From assembly GCA_027343225.1 (NCBI GenBank), contig DAHWMK010000022.1, forward strand, positions 6,849 to 70,848: DNA of 64,000 nucleotides, written 5' to 3'. This document shows positions 30,529-39,441 of the stretch, in pieces. The stretch is from Thermoplasmatales archaeon. GTDB lineage: Archaea > Thermoplasmatota > Thermoplasmata > Thermoplasmatales > GCA-001856825. Below the pieces are notes generated by a model. That model did not search any database and had not been told where the DNA came from. It was given only the letters and a program-made list of their open reading frames with translations. The number at the start of each line of letters is the position of its first letter. Position 1 is the stretch's first letter. The translations under genes and the position numbers were made by a program.

Positions 30529-31149
30529 TTAAAGAATTTCGATGAAAAAGGGGTTGTTCAATCTTTCGTTTTCTAATGTGGTAGAATCCCCGTGTCCCGG
30601 GAAAATTTTGATATCGGATCTTAACTTCTTCGTCCATCTAATGCTGGATGTCATTTCAGTGTAGGAACCCCCAAAGTCAGTCCTGCCAATGCTACCCTTG
30701 AAGATGAAATCTCCAGTAAACATAATATTTTCAATAAAGAATGAGCAACTTCCTGGGGTATGTCCTGGCGTCTCAGAGATAGTGATCGTTTTATCTCCAA
30801 GTTTTAACTTCGTTTTGCTGCTAAGGTACCTATCTGGTATAGGTGGTGGACCTGGATCCATGTTGAAATACTTCTTAACGAATTCTGTGAATCTATCGAT
30901 TATCTCATTGTCTTTCTCTGACACGAGAAAGGGCACGTCGAACTTATCCTTCAGAGGATTAACTGAAAGTATGTGATCAAAGTGACCGTGAGTAGCAAGA
31001 ATCATCGAGGGAACGAGTTTACTCTCCTCCAGGCGTTTGATTATGATATCTTGATCCCCTCCCGGATCGATTATAATGCAACTCGATCCCTCGGATAGTA
31101 CATAGCAGTTCGTTCTAAGAGGTCCAACAACTAGTCTCTGGATTTCCAT
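30529..31149 (-). CDS. MBL-fold metallo-hydrolase (glyoxalase II-like)
   Basis: ATHGHFDH metal-binding motif, later TPGHTPGS and PGHG. 206 aa. Confidence 0.88.
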   Translation of the reverse strand: MEIQRLVVGPLRTNCYVLSEGSSCIIIDPGGDQDIIIKRLEESKLVPSMILATHGHFDHILSVNPLKDKFDVPFLVSEKDNEIIDRFTEFVKKYFNMDPGPPPIPDRYLSSKTKLKLGDKTITISETPGHTPGSCSFFIENIMFTGDFIFKGSIGRTDFGGSYTEMTSSIRWTKKLRSDIKIFPGHGDSTTLENERLNNPFFIEIL

Positions 31150-31287
31150 TGCGTTTATTTCCCCACATTATTCACGAAATATAATGTCTTTGTAACGTTC
31201 AGAGTTTTCTATAAAACATGTTGTATTTTGAGGTTGAACCGTCGACAATAAAGAACAGTTATATATCGGATTTTCCTTGAAACTTGA

Positions 31288-32280
31288 ATGAGTTCGGTTC
31301 CCATAAAAACTAAAAATAGGGTCATAGTCAAATTCGTAAATGGCAGGAAGCTGGAAGACATTTCACTGGAAGAGAGAATTTCCCTCAGTTCAGTCGAAGA
31401 GATAATAGAGGAATGGAAGCAGGGATACATCAATATGGACCTCGGGAACGAAATAGCTCAAGAGCTTAAGGAGCTCGCATTTTTAATTAGAGACAAGGAG
31501 ATAACTCCGCACGACTTGGTTGAAGGATATCACTACTATAGCATATTCAAGGATAAGGATAGAGAGAAAATAATTGGAATCGTCAACCAGATATATTCCT
31601 TGGATGAAGAGAGGATGAATCAGTTTGTCAAGACGGCAGAAAAGATGATGAATTTTGCAAAGTATGCTAACATAGAATACGTAGACATTCCCAAGGCACT
31701 TGATGAAATGGTTGAGAGAGGGAAAGAACTTAACAGAGACATAAAGAGCAAGGAGATTCTGAGTCTGGAACTGACTGAGAGGCTGTCCAAGATAAGGAAA
31801 GAACTGGAGAACATTGAGGAGGAGAAGAAGGGTCTGGAGAAAGAGATCGCATTTTCGAGCTATCTCAAACACGAACTCACAGGGGGGAAGGATGATGAGA
31901 ACGCAATCAAGAGTGCAATAGAAGGGCTAAAGCATTCTAATTATGATGTAGGTAGAATTAAGGAAATAACATCTCAGATCGCACTCATTGCAAAGAGAGA
32001 GTTCACCGTCGACCAGTTCTTAAAGATATCAAGGTACTTCGAGGAGCTTATGAATCTCGGGCTCACAGTTCCAACTATGGAGAAGATACTCGAAACGGTC
32101 AAGGAGGATGGGGTGACTATAGATGAGTACCTCAACGAGAGAGCGATGTACGTCAGGGACAAGCTAGCATACTTGAAATCATTAAAGGAGCTTATGGAAG
32201 CACACAAAAGGGCTGAAAAGCAGATGAAGCAGATCAATGAAGAAATTGCTTTAAAGAAACTCAAACTCGAACGAACTTGA
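31288..32280 (+). CDS. Hypothetical protein: N-terminal HTH-like segment plus long coiled-coil region
   Basis: 330 aa. The N-terminus NRVIVKFVNGRKLEDISLEERISLSSVEEIIEEWKQG resembles a small HTH. The remainder is Glu/Lys/Leu-rich and heptad-like. Confidence 0.55.
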   Translation: MSSVPIKTKNRVIVKFVNGRKLEDISLEERISLSSVEEIIEEWKQGYINMDLGNEIAQELKELAFLIRDKEITPHDLVEGYHYYSIFKDKDREKIIGIVNQIYSLDEERMNQFVKTAEKMMNFAKYANIEYVDIPKALDEMVERGKELNRDIKSKEILSLELTERLSKIRKELENIEEEKKGLEKEIAFSSYLKHELTGGKDDENAIKSAIEGLKHSNYDVGRIKEITSQIALIAKREFTVDQFLKISRYFEELMNLGLTVPTMEKILETVKEDGVTIDEYLNERAMYVRDKLAYLKSLKELMEAHKRAEKQMKQINEEIALKKLKLERT

Positions 32281-32558
32281 AAATAAACTCATTTGCCGCC
32301 CTCAAATTTTATATGGAATTACCGGTCCCATCACCTCTTCACTCTTCGTGACTTCTTCTGAGATTTCCTTTAGCAATCAAATCACCACTCACCGTTCTTT
32401 GATCCGAAGGTAGTACTTTCATTTCTCTTCTAGTGCCACCAGAGAGACGCAAAGCTATTGCGTGCCATTGCGATTATCTGGAAACCGTAAACCAAAGTCG
32501 TCCAAGAGAAGAATGTGATTTATAGAAATTATTATAAAAGGAAGGTATCGGTGTTTAA

Positions 32559-33416
32559 ATGTCGCCCCTTGAACTCCTTTTGATTTTCCTGATTACCCTT
32601 GGATTTTCAGGGGCGATACCCATCGCGAAGGTAGGGATCAGCAGTTCAGACGTGCAGGGGTTCACCGCCATTTACATCACCGGAATAGTATTCACAATGT
32701 TTTTGGAGCAGATGATCTTCATACCACTGAAATATTCGTTCGTTTCTTTCGGTTCTCCGGTCTTTGTAATAGTCATTGCAGGTGCGGTAGGTGCATTTGG
32801 ATATCTCTCAGGATATGCCGGCATGAAGAAAGTACATGCAGGAATATCCAGTACAGTATTCAATCTACAGGGCCCACTAATATTGTTGTTTGGAGCTTTA
32901 TTTACTTCTATTTACCCTGGGAATATGATCACTCTTGGACTGATAATTTCTCTTGTCGGAATCATACTGATAGGGTCCTCTAAGGTCAATCTGAAGAACA
33001 TTGCACTTGGATTTCCTTTCATTTTCGTAGTCCTGGCCCCAATACTATGGGCACTGGAATGGGTATTTTTTTCAACAGTCTCTGGCAAAGATCCAATATT
33101 CTTTACGTTTCTATTGTACCTGACTGCCTGCTTAGTTACCCTTGCCATTAGCTTAGGCCGAAAGACGCTGTTCACTGTTTCCAAGAGGAATGCAAAGTAT
33201 GCATTCGTTGGAGGTGCTCTTGCCGGAGTTGCTAATGCATCTTACGGAATTTTCATCACCAACTTTGGCACTGCGCTAACGGGTATAGTAACCATAATCT
33301 CTGTTCCTGTATCGGTATTGTTGGTAATAGCGGTTCTCCACGAACGGTATTCAAAGAGCGAGATTCTTGGATTGATTGTTACTGGATTGGGTCTCGGAAT
33401 TGCGTTGATTCTTTGA
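32559..33416 (+). CDS. EamA/DMT-superfamily transporter
   Basis: 285 aa with about 10 TM segments in a two-half organisation. Confidence 0.7.
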   Translation: MSPLELLLIFLITLGFSGAIPIAKVGISSSDVQGFTAIYITGIVFTMFLEQMIFIPLKYSFVSFGSPVFVIVIAGAVGAFGYLSGYAGMKKVHAGISSTVFNLQGPLILLFGALFTSIYPGNMITLGLIISLVGIILIGSSKVNLKNIALGFPFIFVVLAPILWALEWVFFSTVSGKDPIFFTFLLYLTACLVTLAISLGRKTLFTVSKRNAKYAFVGGALAGVANASYGIFITNFGTALTGIVTIISVPVSVLLVIAVLHERYSKSEILGLIVTGLGLGIALIL

Positions 33417-33624
33417 GATACCAGATGATCCAACAAAAGAAGAATGGACCGTGTCAAGCAGAAGGTCCTCAAATGCGATGTTCAAGACCAACGACTGTAC
33501 TGAAAATAAAAGTCCACACTCACATCAGATGGATGGAGAGTAATAAGGGACAAACATTGTGCCCTAACACCGACGACTGGATTCCAGGTATTAAAGCTAT
33601 AATTAAATTAGGAGAAAATAGAAA

Positions 33625-33671
33625 GACTATAGAGGATTACCAATAACCCTATAAATTTTCTATGATATGCA
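33625..33671 (+). repeat. Repeat copy A (47 nt): GACTATAGAGGATTACCAATAACCCTATAAATTTTCTATGATATGCA
   Basis: About 85 percent identical, with one 1-nt gap, to the reverse complement of 36796-36841. Its outer about 22 nt also match 35513-35536 in reverse complement. Confidence 0.8.
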
Positions 33672-33751
33672 TCTTTGTCTGATTGAGGTCATAAGAAATA
33701 CCGTTATTGCCCTGTACTTACCTCAATTTCCTGCACATTTCCTTCTATTTT

Positions 33752-34813
33752 TCAGCTGACTGGGATAGCTGAAGCTATCTTACCCCTCCTTTTCAGGGAC
33801 AATAAGTTGAAAAGATTGTGGCCTAGGCACATGAACATAGACTTAACCCTCACCCTCGGGACCGTTGTGACGAAAGTGTGTCCTCCACGGAAGGTCCTTT
33901 TCATCACGGAATACGGTCTCTCACCCCTCGACCTCTTCCTCGTTATCCTTAGATTCCTCCTTATGGATTCTATAGGAAGCTTGTGCCCTCTTACAGCTCT
34001 GTCCATCGTAGCATCAATACCCCTACTCTCGACTCCGAAATACGCTTTGTCCTTGTAGTTCACTATTTCTGGGATAGAGAGGTCCCTCTGGGAGTCGTGG
34101 ACAGATGCAGTGGTAACTGCGTAGTTTGCTATCATATCGTTCTCCACCCCCTGAATTGTGTGAAGCTTGTAACCGAAGTATGACCTTGAATTCTTCTCAG
34201 TCCAGCTCCCATCCTTGGACCTTCTTGACAATGAATGCTTCCTTTTGTCTATCAAGGCAGACTTCACTTCATTCTTTGTCTTCTTTTCAGGGCCGGGATA
34301 ATCCTTCCCACTGCTGATAGGAGGCATCTGCGGATCGACCATATAGGGCTTCTCCTTTCTCTTGTGACCAGGATCGGAAGTGATGAATGTTGCGTCTTGA
34401 ATTGTGCCGTTCCTCACCGTTATGCCCTTCTCCCTGAATTGTCTCCATATCTCCTTCCACAGTGCTTTTTCCTTGCCAGTCTTGGACAGCCTCTCCCTGA
34501 AGAGCCATATCGTGTTCTGGTCCGGCACACTTTCAGGGTAGTCAAGGAAGTTGACGAGCCTTACGCTGTCATATATCTCCGTCTCCATCGACTCATCAAC
34601 GATGTTGTAAATTGATTGCAGGAAGAGTATCTTCACCATCAATATCTCATCGTAGTTCGGTCTCCCTCCCTGCTCAGTGTCGTTTGTAAAAAGATCCTTG
34701 AGCATAGGTCTCAGGCTCTCCCAGTCTATGACGTTCTTGATTTCCGCAAGCTTATCTCCACGCTTCTTGAGCTGCTCGTACCTCTATCTGAGGCCATAAT
34801 TCACCAGGTCCAT
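33752..34813 (-). pseudogene. IS5-family DDE transposase with an in-frame TAG at codon 10 (34784-34786); an intact 317-codon ORF remains from ATG 34705
   Basis: GGRPNYDEILMVKILFLQSIYNIVDESMETEIYD (the InsH N-terminal domain) is present. So is the DDE region: DATFITSD..., NYKDKAYFG, RGERPYSVMKRTF. Upstream, in the same frame, the sequence reads ATG(34813) MDLVNYGLR-TAG-RYEQLKKRGDKLAEIKNVIDWESLRP-M(34705). This segment looks like genuine N-terminal coding sequence. Confidence 0.75.
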
Positions 34814-34903
34814 AGAGAATAATAGTGGCTCCATGAATAAGCATTATTGAAACCAGGTTTGGTAGATATTGGATTTTTTGAAATGTTCAACAGTTACCGC
34901 GCT

Positions 34904-35314
34904 TCATCGATGCTCCGTCACATTTGCTGAACTCTTGGGGTATGAAACCATCAGGATGTAAAGAAAGAATGTAACAATTCCAATCAACAAAAGATCGGTC
35001 CCAAGAAGGACATCTAAGATTCCTACAAAAACCAGAAACAGTTCTACTGCTGAGAGAATAGTTACAACGACACTGAGAATCGAAAACCTCTTTTTGATTG
35101 TTTCTGTAGGTGTCGAATAGCTTGCTTTCAGCACTCTGTCTCTCTGAACGTACAGATCAACACTCAAAAGACCAAGAATCACCCCTGCTACAAGGAACCA
35201 GTACCTCATGATGCCGGAAATTAGAACAGCTTGATAGAATGTGATAGCAATAACAATCAACATAATGACCAGCAGTCCGATATATTCCTCACGTTTCTTT
35301 TTAATGTTATCCAT
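34904..35314 (-). CDS. Small membrane protein (4 predicted TM), unknown function
   Basis: 136-aa ORF with four hydrophobic segments. It lies between the transposase and repeat copy C. Confidence 0.45.
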   Translation of the reverse strand: MDNIKKKREEYIGLLVIMLIVIAITFYQAVLISGIMRYWFLVAGVILGLLSVDLYVQRDRVLKASYSTPTETIKKRFSILSVVVTILSAVELFLVFVGILDVLLGTDLLLIGIVTFFLYILMVSYPKSSANVTEHR

Positions 35315-35512
35315 AGCTTGTTAGACTTCCTCTTTCTATACATCTTAGGGTAATATTTACACCTTGGAAAGGAAATAAAACTACGCTTATAGTTCTCAAA
35401 GCAATTTCCATATTGGTTTTTTTGTGAGCATACCGAACCGTATTTCATAATAGTCAGATATTTGAAAGCTTCTCTTTGTTTAGCCATCTTAAATCTATTA
35501 GTCTTTAGTGGG

Positions 35513-35536
35513 GGGGTTTGGAAATCCTCTATATAG
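35513..35536 (-). repeat. Repeat copy C (partial, about 22-24 nt): GGGTTTGGAAATCCTCTATATAG
   Basis: It matches the outer end of copies A (reverse complement) and B (GGGTT[AT]TGGAAAT[A/C]CTCTATA) with one mismatch and a 2-nt gap. Confidence 0.6.
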
Positions 35537-35619
35537 AATTTTAGTTATAAAATTTTAAATATTTATTTTCAGTGGCGTCCTCAGTGGTTAAAATGCCAGA
35601 AAATCATGACAGGGCTCAG

Positions 35620-36640
35620 ATGAGGATTATTGGGCTCGAAGAACACTACAGTATTCCGTCTCTTTTAACAGCCGACTACAGTTTTCCGTCCCTTATAAAA
35701 GCCACGGGAAAAGATATTACGAACCTTATTCAGGCAGGGTCTTCTCCCGGTGTTAGGACGTCTTGAAGAACTTTTTGAAAAGGCAGTAGATATTGGTGAG
35801 AAGAGAATATTGGAGATGGACAGAGTGGGAGTTAATGTCCAGGTTCTATCTCTATCCTCGCCTGGGACAGAACAGATGGAGCCTGATAAAGCAGAAGAAG
35901 TGGCTGTCGAAGTTAATAACATGGTTGCAGATTCTATTAGGAAGTTTCCTTCCCGCCTATCTGCTTTCGCAGCGTTACCCACATCTAATCCTGTGAGGGC
36001 AGCGGATGAGCTGGAAAGGACAGTTAAAAAGTTGGGATTCAAAGGTGCTCTTATTAATGGGCATGTCCGTGGAAAGTACCTTGATGATCCAATATTTGAC
36101 CCGATATTCGAGCGTGCAGAAGCTCTTAAAGTCCCTATCTATTTACATCCGACTATGCCTCCAAAGCAAGTTTCAGATGTATACTATAATGGCAATCTGA
36201 GACCAGAAGTCAGCTTAATCTTTTCAGTGTTTGGCTGGGGATGGCACATTGAAACTGCTGTACATCTGCTCCGTCTCATTCTAGCAGGCACTTTTGATAA
36301 ACATCCTGAACTGCAGGTGATGATAGGACATCTTGGGGAAGCATTACCCTTCATGCTTGACAGGTTAGATCAATCCTTCCCTCCCAATTTCACAGGACTG
36401 AAATACCCAATAAGTCATTATTTGAGGAATAATATGTATTATACGAGTAGCAGCCTTAACTCGTTACCATCATTCCTAAACCTAATGTTACAAGTTGGAG
36501 TAGACAGAATCATGTTTTCTACCGATTACCCTAATCTACCTATGGGTTTGTCTGTAGATTTCTTGAAAAAGCTACCAATAAGCCCAAGCGACAAAGAAAA
36601 AATCTCGTATTTGAACGCATGTAATTTAATGCACTTTTGA
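35620..36640 (+). pseudogene. Amidohydrolase-2 family (ACMSD / gamma-resorcylate decarboxylase-like) gene split by a frameshift between 35699 and 35763
   Basis: The N-terminal MRIIGLEEHYSIP (family-typical xIxLEEHF start) is in one frame and ends at TGA 35764-35766. The rest (LGRLEELFEKAVDIGEKRILEMDRVGVNVQVLSLSSPG...FSTDYP) is in the +1 frame, which is open from 35699. Confidence 0.65.
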
Positions 36641-36795
36641 TCCTCTACAGCAATTCATATTGATTTTATTAGTCCTTACTAATATTTATATTAAATAGCA
36701 TTTTTATTTTCTTCATATTTTCACCGACTTCAGACGATTTTACAAATTTTAAGTCCTTCTCAACAGAACTTATGTAAACAATCTTAATTTTAGAG

Positions 36796-36841
36796 TGCAT
36801 TTATAGAGAATTTATAGGGTTATTGGAAATACTCTATAGTC
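36796..36841 (-). repeat. Repeat copy B (46 nt): TGCATTTATAGAGAATTTATAGGGTTATTGGAAATACTCTATAGTC
   Basis: Inverted relative to copy A. It carries its own internal 7-bp inverted termini (TATAGAG...CTCTATA). Confidence 0.8.
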
Positions 36842-37231
36842 ATTGTTTGACCCAGATACTATCAGCAAAACAAGGATTAAGTGCTTCATTTAAACGAGAT
36901 CGCAACACTCAGACCTATCTTAAACCTGATTTTCTTTCTTTTCAGTAGCGGGCAAGATTTCCATCAGTCCCCTAAAGTTTATCGAAGAGGTAATAAGCGT
37001 TCTGAGAGTTAAGGCCAATAACCACATTTTACTACTATTTCTCCAATACAACCGAATTAGATCCCTGATTGATCAAGAGAGAGTAATGCGCCCATACGAA
37101 TTGAAACCATTTTCAGAAAATCTATTTAGATGTGATGAAATTTACTAAGAACAGTTAAAGTATAGAATTTTGTCCACTAAATATTGTATTCATTGAATAA
37201 TCTTATTATACTTCAATTGTCATACATCATT

Positions 37232-37552
37232 ATGTTTGGCGAACAAGAACATCTGGAAGACAGGTGTGATGTTGTTGCCAGAGCTAGAGGACTTTGCAAG
37301 GAGGAACCGAAAAACAAGCGCTTACTGAAGATTTTCAAGCTGGACGGAGATTACATAGTGCTTGAACTTGCTCGTGACACAACCTCTGAGGGATGGTTGG
37401 TATCTGCTAGCATGGAAGCGACTGCAGACAAACCGGCCAGCTACGGGGCTGAATACTACGAAAAATACACGGATGCTCTCGAATGTTTCAGAAAGATTGC
37501 CGAGAAATATGGTGTAGAGGATTTCTTGGGTAATGATTTTGGCAGCGACTGA
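37232..37552 (+). CDS. Hypothetical small acidic protein (106 aa from ATG 37232)
   Basis: ORF 37184..37552. The part upstream of ATG 37232 is AT-rich and hydrophobic, so probably non-coding. No motifs. Confidence 0.4.
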   Translation: MFGEQEHLEDRCDVVARARGLCKEEPKNKRLLKIFKLDGDYIVLELARDTTSEGWLVSASMEATADKPASYGAEYYEKYTDALECFRKIAEKYGVEDFLGNDFGSD

Positions 37553-37684
37553 GAACTAGTCCTCGAGTATCCTAGGGACATTCCGTGTCCATTAGACTTG
37601 CTTATGCCCTGCAGCACATTTAAAGCGAGAAATTAAAGGTGCACCTGCTCTCTGATGGTAGTTGGAGCGGAGAGCAAATCAAAC

Positions 37685-38470
37685 TCATGATTGTTCCCTA
37701 AGCAGTTCTGCTAGCCTTCTCGATTTCTCTGCCACGTCCCCCTCTATAAACACCTTCTTTCTTTTCGAAGGTGTTATTTCATTAAGTCCTCGCACAAATG
37801 TGAAAGAACCCTTAATGCCTGTTACCTCTTCCCTCAGACCGAGATTGTTTGAAGACCACACCGTTAGATGGAACTGGGAGATCGCCCATTTCATCCTTTT
37901 GAAATCCGGAAATCGCGGCTGTACCGCTCCCATCTCAATGCTTATCATTGCAGGGAGGGAGGTCTCAACTGTCTCGTGTCCTCCCTTTATTCTTCTCTGT
38001 ACCTTTAGTTTGTCTGCATCTACCTCAACAGAGGTGGCAAACATGACTTGCGGTATGTCTAGAAACTCGGCAATTTGTCCTGGTAACTGCCCAAGAGCAG
38101 CATCTGATGACTCCTCACCTGCCAGAATCAGGTCATAGTCTCCTATTTGAGCTATGGCAGTTGACAGGACGAGTGCTGTTGGATAGGTATCCGCCCCCCC
38201 AAAATTTCTGTCCGAGAGGAGAACAGCGTCGTCTGCTCCCATAGCTATTCCAAGTTTAAGGAAGTTCTCGAACAAAGGAGGACCCATGGAGATAAGAATC
38301 ACTCTCCCTCCGTGTTTCTCCCTAATCCTCAAGGCAATCTCGATTGCTGTTTTGTCAGCTTCGTTTATCTGGTTCTCAGCCTTACTCCTGTCCAGTCTCT
38401 TCGTCACGGGATCAAAGATGATGTTTTCTGACTTCGGGACTACCTTCAAACAGACGATAATGTTTCTCAT
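37685..38470 (-). CDS. etfB: Electron transfer flavoprotein, beta (small) subunit
   Basis: MRNIIVCLKVVPK...INEADKTAIEIALRIRE...GADDAVLLSD is the canonical EtfB N-terminal pattern. It overlaps etfA by 4 nt. Confidence 0.9.
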   Translation of the reverse strand: MRNIIVCLKVVPKSENIIFDPVTKRLDRSKAENQINEADKTAIEIALRIREKHGGRVILISMGPPLFENFLKLGIAMGADDAVLLSDRNFGGADTYPTALVLSTAIAQIGDYDLILAGEESSDAALGQLPGQIAEFLDIPQVMFATSVEVDADKLKVQRRIKGGHETVETSLPAMISIEMGAVQPRFPDFKRMKWAISQFHLTVWSSNNLGLREEVTGIKGSFTFVRGLNEITPSKRKKVFIEGDVAEKSRRLAELLREQS

Positions 38471-39441
38471 CTTTTTTCCTCCAGTCTCTTGATGACGGCG
38501 GGAATTATCTCAGAAACATCCCCCACCACACAATAGTCAGAGTGGTTGAATATTTCTGATTCCCTGTCTATGTCAACTGAGATAACAGTCCTACAGTCCC
38601 TTATGCCTGACGTGAAGTGTTCAGAACCACTCACGCCCAAAATTAGAGTAAGCTTGGATTTCAAAGAGTATCCAGTGGTTCCAACCTGCAGTTCCCTAGG
38701 GGCTATTCCTTTGTCGGCTAGTGGTCTCGTAACACCCACATCCGAGTTAGTGAGTTCAGCAAGCTTCCGTACTAGTGAAATGTTTCCTCCGATTCCGTTC
38801 CCTCCGACGATAGTTCTCTCAGACTTCGTGAGGTCCTTTGATTTCGTGACCTTTCTTTCGATTACTCTTACCCTGTCTTTCACGGATGAAAGATCAGGTA
38901 CCACTTCAACGATTTCCCCCTTCCTGTTCTGATCATAGACCTTTGTAAATGTACCTGGCCTAACTGTGGACATCTGTGGACGAGCCTTCTCGCAGATGAT
39001 TTCAGCCATTATTTTACCCCCATATGCCGGAACGCCAAAAACGAGAAGCCCCTCCTCGTCCATCTCTAGATTGATGGCGTTTGCGGTTAGACCAGTTCGG
39101 AGTCTTGCTGCAAGCCTACCAGCAAGGTCTCTGCCGTAGTAGGTCGCACCTATCAGAAGAGCAGTTGGAAATTCAGATGAGGCTAGATCAAAAAGGGCCT
39201 TTGAGTACAGGTCATTCGAATACTCATTGAGCCTTTCGTGTTTTAGCAGAATCACTTTGTCAGCTCCATATCTGATAATATCCTGCAACTCTCTCTCTTC
39301 AGAGGTACCGAGCACAATAGCTACGATTTTATATGGAGAGGACTTTGTTATCACATTCAATTTACCTATAATTTCCAGAGACACATCCTCTATCTCGCCT
39401 TCGCTTCTTTCGACCACTACCCATATTTCTTTCCTTGTCAT
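38467..39441 (-). CDS. etfA: Electron transfer flavoprotein, alpha (large) subunit
   Basis: C-terminal FAD-binding region ...VGGNGIGG...GVTRPLADKGIAPRELQVGTTGYSLKSKLTLILGVSGSEHFTSGI. 324 aa with no N-terminal ferredoxin domain. It overlaps the upstream gene by 4 nt. Confidence 0.9.
   Translation of the reverse strand: MTRKEIWVVVERSEGEIEDVSLEIIGKLNVITKSSPYKIVAIVLGTSEERELQDIIRYGADKVILLKHERLNEYSNDLYSKALFDLASSEFPTALLIGATYYGRDLAGRLAARLRTGLTANAINLEMDEEGLLVFGVPAYGGKIMAEIICEKARPQMSTVRPGTFTKVYDQNRKGEIVEVVPDLSSVKDRVRVIERKVTKSKDLTKSERTIVGGNGIGGNISLVRKLAELTNSDVGVTRPLADKGIAPRELQVGTTGYSLKSKLTLILGVSGSEHFTSGIRDCRTVISVDIDRESEIFNHSDYCVVGDVSEIIPAVIKRLEEKR

Larger units (their letters stand above)
33625..35536 (-). 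mobile_element. Putative IS5-family insertion sequence (minimal extent bounded by repeat copies A and C; an alternative outer boundary is copy B at 36841)
   Basis: An IS5/IS4-type DDE transposase gene is flanked by inverted copies of the same terminal sequence. I found no convincing target-site duplication, so the boundaries are provisional. Confidence 0.45.

Noticed and set aside
33413-33646. 77-aa plus-strand ORF overlapping the end of the EamA transporter gene and running up to repeat copy A
   Set aside because: The translation (MRYQMIQQKKNGPCQAEGPQMRCSRP...) has no motifs or hydrophobic core pattern. It sits in the intergenic region disrupted by the IS and is probably non-coding.
34784-34786. 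The in-frame TAG in the transposase as a pyrrolysine (or otherwise recoded) codon
   Set aside because: TAG clearly terminates well-conserved genes in this window: tuf at 9607-9609 and rps10 at 9931-9933. No pyl genes or methylamine methyltransferases are present. A nonsense mutation or an internal start is the simpler reading.
37013-37021. Fourth occurrence of the CCAATAACC core of the IS-associated repeat
   Set aside because: Only the 9-mer matches and the flanks diverge immediately. A single 9-mer match is expected by chance at about this frequency in 64 kb on both strands.
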